Positions 35,148 through 42,097 of a stretch of 64,000 nucleotides of DNA are shown piece by piece (the first letter of the stretch is position 1; each line of letters starts with the position of its first letter). Origin of the DNA: a bacterium (GTDB lineage Bacteria; Actinomycetota; Coriobacteriia; Coriobacteriales; QAMH01); assembly GCA_963642995.1 (NCBI GenBank), contig CAVIIZ010000003.1, positions 58,492 to 122,491 of the forward strand, in the 5' to 3' direction. The notes under the pieces were generated by a model that had not been told where the DNA came from, searched no databases, and saw nothing but the letters and a program-made list of their open reading frames with translations. Both the position numbers and the translations under genes were made by a program.

Positions 35148-38100
35148 CGGAAAGCTCGAGTTCAAATTCTCGTCGGACCAGCGCCACCAGACCGAGGCCA
35201 TCGAGGCCACCTGCAACCTGTTCAAGGGGCAACAGTTCATCAGCAGCTCGTTCACTGCCGCTACCTACAAGGGCGAGGGGCTCTTTGCTGATGGCGAAGT
35301 CCTGAGCGTCGGCCACGGCAACGACGTGCGCGTGACGCCCGGGCAGCTGTTGGAGAACCTGCACGCCGTGCAGGAGGACAACTGCCTGCCGCCCACCGAC
35401 GAGCTCACCGACGGGCGCCTGCGCGATTTCACCATCGAGATGGAGACGGGCACGGGCAAGACCTATGTCTACATCCGCAGCATCTACGAGCTGAATCGCC
35501 GCTACGGCCTCACCAAGTTCGTCATCGTGGTGCCCAGCATCGCCATCCGCGAGGGCGTGCTGAAGAGCTTCCAGACCATGAAGAAGCACTTCGACACGCT
35601 CTACGACAACACGCCGCTCGACTATTTCGTGTACGACTCGAAGGACATGGGGCCTGTCGGCAACTTCGCCACGTCCAGCTCCATCCAGGTGATGGTCATC
35701 AACATCGACGCCTTCAACAAGGGTCTGGACAAGGACGGCACGGCCAAGGAGGGCAACCTGTTCCACCGTGCCAGCGAGAAGCTTGTCGGCGGACGCAGCC
35801 CGCGCGAGCTGGTGAGCGAGTGCAAGCCCATCGTCATCATCGACGAGCCGCAAAGCGTCGACAACACCAAGCAGGCCAAGGCCGCCATCAAGAGCCTGAG
35901 CCCGCTGTTCGTGCTGCGCTACTCGGCCACGCACAAGACGGCCTACAACATGATCTACCGCCTCACGCCCGTGGACGCCTTCGAGCGCAACCTGGTCAAG
36001 GGCATCTGCGTGGACTCCGTCAGGGCCGACACCGACCTGAACGGCGCCTACGTGCGATTGGAGTCCGTGAAGGCCAACCCCTTCAGCGCGAAGCTCACCA
36101 TCGACGTGCGCCGGGCCGACGGCACGCAAAAGCGCAAGGCCGTCGCCGTGAAGACCGGCGCCGACCTCTACGAGAAGAGCAACGAGAACACCGACTACGA
36201 GGCCGGTTGGATCGTGAGCAACATAGGCACCGCCGCGGGCGACGAGTTCGTCGAGTTCCAAAACGGGGAGGTGCTCGAGCTGGGCGAGGCTTTGGGCGAC
36301 GTTGCCGATGAGGCCGTGAAGCGCGCGCAGATCCGCCGCACCATCGAGAATCACCTGGCCCGCCAGCTCGAGCTGTGGCCGCGCGGCGTGAAGGTGCTGA
36401 GCCTGTTCTTCGTCGACCGGGTGGACAAGTACCGCGTCTACGAGCCCGAGGTCCACGGCGGCGAATACGCGCAGGTCTTCGAGGGCGAATATGCCGACCT
36501 GCTTGAGACGAAGGCGCCGAGGCGCGTCGCCAAGGCCGCGGGCCTGGGCAAGGGCACGTGGCGCGAGTGCTACGAGGCTGTGGGTGCGCCGTTGGTGCGC
36601 GACCCTTCCGCCGTGCACCAGGGCTACTTCGCAAAAGACAAGAAGGGCAAGTTCAAGGACTCCAAGGGCGCGGCCGGCACTGCAGACGATGCGGGCGCGT
36701 TCGAGCTGATCATGCAGAAGAAGGAGACGCTCGTCTCCTTTCCGGACGGCAAGGACGCCGACAAGGACGTGTCGTTCATCTTCAGCCACTCCGCGCTCAA
36801 GGAGGGCTGGGACAACCCCAACGTCTTTCAAATCTGCACGCTGGTGGAGACCAAAGACACCCTCACCAAACGCCAGAAAATCGGCCGCGGCCTGCGCCTG
36901 TGCGTGAACCAAGACGGCGAGCGCCTGCACGATCCGGAGGCCAACGTGCTCACCGTCATCGCCAACGAAAGCTATGAGGAATTCGCCAACGGCCTGCAAA
37001 AGGAGCTCGAGGCCGAGGATTTCAGGTTCGGCATCATCACGCCCGAAAGCTTCACCAAAGTCGTCATCGAGGACGAGAGCGGCAACGAGCAGCGCTTGGG
37101 CTACGAGCGTTCCAGGCAGGTGTACGACCATTTCGTGGCCACCGGCATGGTGGACTCCAAGGGCGCGGTGAAGCCCGGGCTGAAGACCGCCGCGCAGGAG
37201 GGCAGGGTCGAGCTTCCCGAGGAGCTTGCGGCGGCCAAGGAGGCCGTCGAGGCCATCATCATCCACAAGTCGCAGAAAGTGCCCATCCGCGACAAGAAGC
37301 AGGAGGTCTCGGTCGAGCTGCAGAAGGACGTCACGCTGCACCCGGCGTTCCAGGAACTGTGGAACCGCATCCGCCAGCGCACGCGCTTCGAGGTGGAGGT
37401 GGACTCCGACAAGCTCGTCGAGCAGAGCATCGAGGCCATCGACGGCATGTTGAAGGTCACGCGCCCGAAGATTTCAAGCGAGCGCGCCGACCTCGACGTG
37501 AGCGATGCGGGCGTGACCGCCGAGGGCACGGGGACCTCCTCCATCAACATCGCGAGCGCGGTCGACTACGACCTGCCCGACCCGATTGCCGAGCTGCAAG
37601 ACGCCGTGGGCCTCACGCGCGCGACGCTGAAGGCCATCTTGGAGGGCTGCAGCCGTTTCGACGAGTTCAAGGTGAACCCGGCGACGTTTCTGGCGCAGGT
37701 GGGCGAGAAGATCGACAAGGTGAAGACGAGCCTTATCGCCAGAGGCGTCAAGTACGTGCGCCTGCCCGAGGACGAGTGGTACACCATGAGCGACCTGGAG
37801 CTGGACGACTTCACCGCGTACCTGGGCCAAAACGCCTGGAAGCCCGAGGTGTCCGACAAGAGTCTGTACAACTACGTCGTCTACGATTCCGCAGGCGTCG
37901 AGCGCTCGTTTGCCGAGGCCCTCGACAAACAAGACGAGGTGCTGGTGTTCGCCAAGCTGCCCTCGTCGTTCAAAATCGACACGCCGCTTGGCAGCTACAA
38001 CCCCGACTGGGCCTACGTCGAGGAGACAGACGGCGAGCACCGTGTCTACTTCGTCACCGAGACCAAGGGCGGCAAAAACGGAGAGCCCAACCTGCGCGAC

Positions 38101-38208
38101 GCCGAGAAGCTGAAAATCGAGTGTGCCGAGAAGCACTTCGAGGCGCTGGGCCTCGAGGATTTCGAGTACAAGGTGCGCACAACGTACCGTTTTGCGCGTG
38201 TCGTCTAG
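35140..38208 (+). CDS. res: Type III restriction endonuclease subunit (Res), SF2 helicase + PD-(D/E)xK nuclease
   Basis: N-terminus F.F....HQ..AIEA..NLF as in EcoP15I Res. METGTGKTYVY (motif I), VIIDEPQSV (motif II). C-terminal YNPDWAYVEE...YFVTETKG nuclease-like motif. Confidence 0.92.
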   Translation: MASGKLEFKFSSDQRHQTEAIEATCNLFKGQQFISSSFTAATYKGEGLFADGEVLSVGHGNDVRVTPGQLLENLHAVQEDNCLPPTDELTDGRLRDFTIEMETGTGKTYVYIRSIYELNRRYGLTKFVIVVPSIAIREGVLKSFQTMKKHFDTLYDNTPLDYFVYDSKDMGPVGNFATSSSIQVMVINIDAFNKGLDKDGTAKEGNLFHRASEKLVGGRSPRELVSECKPIVIIDEPQSVDNTKQAKAAIKSLSPLFVLRYSATHKTAYNMIYRLTPVDAFERNLVKGICVDSVRADTDLNGAYVRLESVKANPFSAKLTIDVRRADGTQKRKAVAVKTGADLYEKSNENTDYEAGWIVSNIGTAAGDEFVEFQNGEVLELGEALGDVADEAVKRAQIRRTIENHLARQLELWPRGVKVLSLFFVDRVDKYRVYEPEVHGGEYAQVFEGEYADLLETKAPRRVAKAAGLGKGTWRECYEAVGAPLVRDPSAVHQGYFAKDKKGKFKDSKGAAGTADDAGAFELIMQKKETLVSFPDGKDADKDVSFIFSHSALKEGWDNPNVFQICTLVETKDTLTKRQKIGRGLRLCVNQDGERLHDPEANVLTVIANESYEEFANGLQKELEAEDFRFGIITPESFTKVVIEDESGNEQRLGYERSRQVYDHFVATGMVDSKGAVKPGLKTAAQEGRVELPEELAAAKEAVEAIIIHKSQKVPIRDKKQEVSVELQKDVTLHPAFQELWNRIRQRTRFEVEVDSDKLVEQSIEAIDGMLKVTRPKISSERADLDVSDAGVTAEGTGTSSINIASAVDYDLPDPIAELQDAVGLTRATLKAILEGCSRFDEFKVNPATFLAQVGEKIDKVKTSLIARGVKYVRLPEDEWYTMSDLELDDFTAYLGQNAWKPEVSDKSLYNYVVYDSAGVERSFAEALDKQDEVLVFAKLPSSFKIDTPLGSYNPDWAYVEETDGEHRVYFVTETKGGKNGEPNLRDAEKLKIECAEKHFEALGLEDFEYKVRTTYRFARVV

Positions 38209-38322
38209 AGTTCAACGGCTCCGTCGCCGTCAGGTTTGCGGCTGTTTCAACCTCGTAAAAGGCACGCGGACATGTCCATCCGCGCGCCTCCATGCAATTC
38301 TTAACCATCTATGAGTGTCAAC

Positions 38323-38547
38323 CTAAAATAATCGAAAGCGCCAGCTTGTCGAAGGGGTTTTCGCGGCCGCTTCTTGAAGAAGCTCTGCCCAATCTTCACC
38401 GAAGCTCGCGTAGAGTTTCTTTAGGGTGTTAAAACCTTCCTCGTCAATCCAGCTGAACTCGTCTGGGTCGTAGCGGTCGAGCTCGTAAATATATTCGGGT
38501 AGCAGCTCGATTACGCGGTCCGACCAATCATCCCAATTTCACAGCAT
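38323..38547 (-). pseudogene. Decayed small acidic ORF (ATG-CTG-TGA, then 71 open codons), low GC
   Basis: Minus-strand frame reads M L stop NWDDWSDRVIELLPEYIYELDRYDPDEFSWIDEEGFNTLKKLYASFGEDWAELLQEAAAKTPSTSWRFRLF stop. No in-frame ATG/GTG/TTG after the TGA. A sampled 60-nt line gives 28/60 G+C against about 40/60 in neighbours. Confidence 0.45.
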
Positions 38548-38665
38548 GCACCTCGGCGCGGTTGCGTTTTCGTGGCTTTCTCGGCATGCACGTGGGCGCA
38601 CGTGTCCATCTACGCTACAATCGAGCGCTGTGCGCACCGTGGAAGCGGTGCCTTTTCGCGCATAT

Positions 38666-38754
38666 GCGGGCGTGGCGGAACTGGCAGACGCGCCGGGTTT
38701 AGGTCCCGGTGGGCATCGTGTCCCGTGAAGGTTCAAATCCTTTCGCCCGTACCA
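38666..38754 (+). tRNA. tRNA-Leu (anticodon TAG), type II
   Basis: Hand-folded: acceptor GCGGGCG/CGCCCGT (G1.U72), anticodon arm CCGGG-TTTAGGT-CCCGG, long variable arm, T-arm GAAGG-TTCAAAT-CCTTT, encoded ACCA. Confidence 0.88.
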
Positions 38755-38843
38755 TATGCGCAGGCAGAAGACAGATGCGGCGCGGCTGGGCGAAAAGCCC
38801 TCTCGCGGCGCCGCGCGACAAGCGAGATTGAGGAGCAGTCAAC

Positions 38844-39932
38844 GTGGACGTGAAGACCGAGATACGCGAATCCGACGGCAAGACGCAAGTCGCCGTCACC
38901 TTGGAGCCCGAGGAGGTCAAGCCGCACGTCGACGCGTACTTCAAGCGGATCGCCCGCACGCGCATCCCGGGCTTTCGGCCGGGCAAGGCGCCGCGCCGCA
39001 TACTGGAGCAGCACTTCGGCGGCCATGCGGCGGTGTATGCCGAGATCTCCGCGGACGTGGTGAACGCGACCGCGCCGAAGGCCTTGGACAGCGTCGGCGT
39101 CATTTTCATCAACGACCCCGCTCCCGACGACGTCCGGCCGCTCGAGGACGGCGAGCCCTTCACCTACACGGTCTGCGGCAAGGTCAAGCCCGAGATGGAG
39201 CTTTTGTCCTACGACCCCGTGAAGGTCACGTTGCCGCCCCTCGAGATCACCGACTCGCTGGTGGACACGCAGGTCGACACCTTGCGCGGCTACTACGACC
39301 CTTCCGACGGCACCCTCTCCGACGAGGAGTTCTGCGAGAAGGCCGGCGTGGAGAGCATCGACGCGCTGCGCGGGCAGGTGCGCGAGGCCCTGGAGAAGAG
39401 CCGCGCGGAAAACATCGACCGCCTGAAGGAGGAGCGCTGCATCGACGCGCTGGCAGAGCGCATCCACGGCGATATCCCGCAGTCCTACCTGAACTACACG
39501 CGCGACGACATCCTGCGCGACTTCTTCACCAACCTCCAGCGTTCCGGCCAGACCTTCGACGCGTTCCTCGCCTCTCAAGGGGCCACGCACGAGGCTTTCG
39601 ACGCCGACGTGGCCGAGCAGGCAAAGGAGACGGCGGCCGGCGCGCTCGCGCTCGACGCCCTGTGCAAGGAGAAGGGCTTCACGGCCGACGACGCCGACCT
39701 GGACGAGGAGTTCTCCAAGCTGCCCGACGGCAAGAGCGCGCGTGCGGACTGGGAGGAGCGCGGCCAGATGAGCATGCTGCGCGAGGCCGTCGCGCGCCAG
39801 AAGGCGGCGAAATGGCTGGTGGAGACCGCGGAGGTGGTCTACGAGGAGGCGGACTCCGAAAGCGTGGATGCGAAGAAGGCAGACGGCGCGGGCGCGAAGA
39901 AGGCGGCCGCAAAGGATGCGGACGAGAAATAA
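38844..39932 (+). CDS. tig: Trigger factor (short form: N-terminal ribosome-binding and C-terminal chaperone domains, apparently no FKBP PPIase domain)
   Basis: GFRPGKAP ribosome-binding signature. Conserved position before clpP-clpX. 362 aa. GTG start after GAGGAG. Confidence 0.88.
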   Translation: MDVKTEIRESDGKTQVAVTLEPEEVKPHVDAYFKRIARTRIPGFRPGKAPRRILEQHFGGHAAVYAEISADVVNATAPKALDSVGVIFINDPAPDDVRPLEDGEPFTYTVCGKVKPEMELLSYDPVKVTLPPLEITDSLVDTQVDTLRGYYDPSDGTLSDEEFCEKAGVESIDALRGQVREALEKSRAENIDRLKEERCIDALAERIHGDIPQSYLNYTRDDILRDFFTNLQRSGQTFDAFLASQGATHEAFDADVAEQAKETAAGALALDALCKEKGFTADDADLDEEFSKLPDGKSARADWEERGQMSMLREAVARQKAAKWLVETAEVVYEEADSESVDAKKADGAGAKKAAAKDADEK

Positions 39933-39963
39933 AGGCGTGAAGACGAGAAAGGGCGCATCTACC

Positions 39964-40605
39964 ATGAACCTCTACCAACCGGTGCAAAACCCGCTGATCC
40001 CCTACGTGATCGAGCAGTCCCCGCGCGGCGAGCGCAGCTTCGACATCTACTCGCGGCTCTTGAACGACCGCGTGGTCTTCTTGGGCGAGGAGGTCTCCGA
40101 CGCTTCCGCCAACTCCATCGTCGCGCAGCTTTTGCACCTGGAAAGCGCCGACCCGGACAAGGACATCTCGTTTTACATCAACTCGCCCGGCGGCTCTGTC
40201 ACGGCAGGCCTTGCCATCTACGACACCATGCAGTTCATCAAGCCCGACGTCTCGACGGTGTGCCTGGGGATGGCCGCGTCGATGGGCGCGGTGCTCCTGG
40301 CCGCCGGCGCGAACGGAAAGCGTTTCGCCCTGCCCAACTCGCGCATCATGATCCACCAGCCCTCCGGCGGCGCGCAGGGCAAGCAGACCGACATCCAGAT
40401 CATGGCGGACTTCATGAAGGACACGCGCGAGCAGCTCAACGGCATCCTGGCCAAGCACACCGGCCAGCCCATCGAGAAGATCCAAGAGGACACGGAAAAG
40501 GACAACTTCATGACGCCTGCCGAGGCCAAGGACTACGGCCTGGTCGACGACGTCGTCTTGTCGCGCTCGGAGACCGCCGACAAGGCCGCGGAGAAGAAGG
40601 ACTAG
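39964..40605 (+). CDS. clpP: ATP-dependent Clp protease proteolytic subunit
   Basis: [28 protein letters not shown] (active-site Ser), IMIHQPSGG. Confidence 0.96.
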   Translation: MNLYQPVQNPLIPYVIEQSPRGERSFDIYSRLLNDRVVFLGEEVSDASANSIVAQLLHLESADPDKDISFYINSPGGSVTAGLAIYDTMQFIKPDVSTVCLGMAASMGAVLLAAGANGKRFALPNSRIMIHQPSGGAQGKQTDIQIMADFMKDTREQLNGILAKHTGQPIEKIQEDTEKDNFMTPAEAKDYGLVDDVVLSRSETADKAAEKKD

Positions 40606-40610
40606 CGGCC

Positions 40611-41999
40611 ATGGGCGACGGTTTCGACCCATACGGCGGACGCGGCGGACGCGACGGCTTCACCCCGCTTTTGCGCTGCTCGTTTTGCGGCAAGACCCAA
40701 AACGAGGTCCAAAAGCTCATCTCGGGCGACGGGGTCTACATCTGCGACGAGTGCGTGGGCGCGTGCACGGACATCATGCTCGACGAGGGCATAGAGCTCG
40801 AGGGGTACGGCTCTTGCGGCGATTTGCCCCAGGCCGAAGGCCGCACGGACGGGCTGCTCTCGCTGGAGACCCTGCCCACCCCGCGCGAGATAGACGCCGA
40901 GCTGTCCCAATACGTGATCGGGCAGGACAAGGCGAAGAAGGCCTTGTCCGTGGCCGTCTACAACCACTACAAGCGCGTGGCGCTCGGGCTGTCGGGCGCC
41001 GACGCCGGCGAGGACGCGTTTTCCGATGGGGAAGGCGACGAGGTCGAGCTGGCCAAATCCAACATCTTGCTGCTAGGGCCTACGGGCTGCGGCAAGACCC
41101 TGCTCGCCCAGACGCTCGCGCGCATACTCGACGTGCCCTTCGCCATCGCCGACGCCACGGCGCTCACCGAGGCCGGCTATGTGGGCGAAGACGTCGAGAG
41201 CATCCTTTTGAAGATCGTCAACGCGGCCGACAACGACATCGACCGCGCCCAGATCGGCATCATCTACATCGACGAGATCGACAAGGTGGCCCGCAAGGCG
41301 GAAAACCTGTCCATCACCCGCGACGTCTCCGGCGAGGGCGTGCAGCAGGCGCTGCTGAAGATCGTCGAGGGCACCGACGCCGCGATCCCGCCCGCGGGCG
41401 GGCGCAAGCACCCCCAGCAAGAGCTGATCCACATCAACACGTCCAACATCCTCTTCATCTTGGGCGGCGCCTTCGTCGGCCTGGACAAGATAGTGGGCGA
41501 GCGCGTGGGCAGGCGCGGGGTGGGCTTCAACTCCGAGGTGGGAAAGACCGGCGCGGAGAAAAGCGCCGATCTGCTCGCGCAGGTGCTGCCGGAAGACCTC
41601 AACACCTTCGGCATGATTCCCGAGTTCATCGGGCGCATCCCCGTCATCTCGTCGGTGGAAGACCTCGACGAGGACGACCTCGTGCGCATCCTGACCGAGC
41701 CGAAGAACGCGTTGGTGAAGCAGTACCGCCGCATGCTCTCCTTCGACGGCGCCGAGCTGGTCTTCGAAGACGACGCCTTGCGCGCCATCGCGCGGCTGGC
41801 CATCGAGCGCGGCACCGGGGCGCGCGGCCTGAGGGCCATCTGCGAGGAGGTCTTGCAGGAGACCATGTACGAGCTGCCCGGCGCCGACGACGTCGAGCGC
41901 GTGGTCGTGACGCGCGCCTGCGTGGAAGAGGGCGCAGACCCCGTGCTCGTGCGCCGCGGCCATGAAAGGCGCGCGCGCCCGGCCCGGGCGAGCGCGTAA
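40611..41999 (+). CDS. clpX: ATP-dependent Clp protease ATP-binding subunit ClpX
   Basis: Zinc finger CSFCGK...CDEC, Walker [18 protein letters not shown], and the IGF-like loop region. Confidence 0.96.
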   Translation: MGDGFDPYGGRGGRDGFTPLLRCSFCGKTQNEVQKLISGDGVYICDECVGACTDIMLDEGIELEGYGSCGDLPQAEGRTDGLLSLETLPTPREIDAELSQYVIGQDKAKKALSVAVYNHYKRVALGLSGADAGEDAFSDGEGDEVELAKSNILLLGPTGCGKTLLAQTLARILDVPFAIADATALTEAGYVGEDVESILLKIVNAADNDIDRAQIGIIYIDEIDKVARKAENLSITRDVSGEGVQQALLKIVEGTDAAIPPAGGRKHPQQELIHINTSNILFILGGAFVGLDKIVGERVGRRGVGFNSEVGKTGAEKSADLLAQVLPEDLNTFGMIPEFIGRIPVISSVEDLDEDDLVRILTEPKNALVKQYRRMLSFDGAELVFEDDALRAIARLAIERGTGARGLRAICEEVLQETMYELPGADDVERVVVTRACVEEGADPVLVRRGHERRARPARASA

Positions 42000-42097
42000 A
42001 GGCGGACGCGCGAAGGCGAGCGCGTGCGAGCGGACGCGCGCGAAGGGGCGCAGACACGCGTGCGGCGAGCACGCGCCGAAAGAAGAGGAGTTTTCCC

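Noticed and set aside
38539-38541. The in-frame TGA of the small acidic ORF as a possible selenocysteine or readthrough codon.
   Set aside because: It sits at codon 3, and I can see no stem-loop resembling a bacterial SECIS immediately downstream. Nothing suggests a redox protein, so a nonsense mutation or gene remnant is simpler.
32480-38665. Classical tRNA-targeting integrative element (integrase plus att repeats) carrying the R-M system.
   Set aside because: No integrase, recombinase or transposase ORF is present. The islet is on the 5' side of the tRNA. I found no duplicated tRNA segment at the distal border by eye.
38539-38736. 65-aa minus-strand ORF across tRNA-Leu(TAG).
   Set aside because: Most of it is antisense to a well-folded tRNA and is GC-rich noise. 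Only its last two sense codons (ATG CTG) and the stop are used, in the pseudogene interpretation at 38323..38547.
42000-42097. T-box leader or attenuator upstream of valS. A direct repeat GCGGACGCGCG(CG)AAGG was noted at about 42004 and 42031.
   Set aside because: At 98 nt it is too short for a T-box, and there is no T-box consensus, specifier-loop context or terminator/antiterminator pair. The GC-rich repeat is probably incidental.
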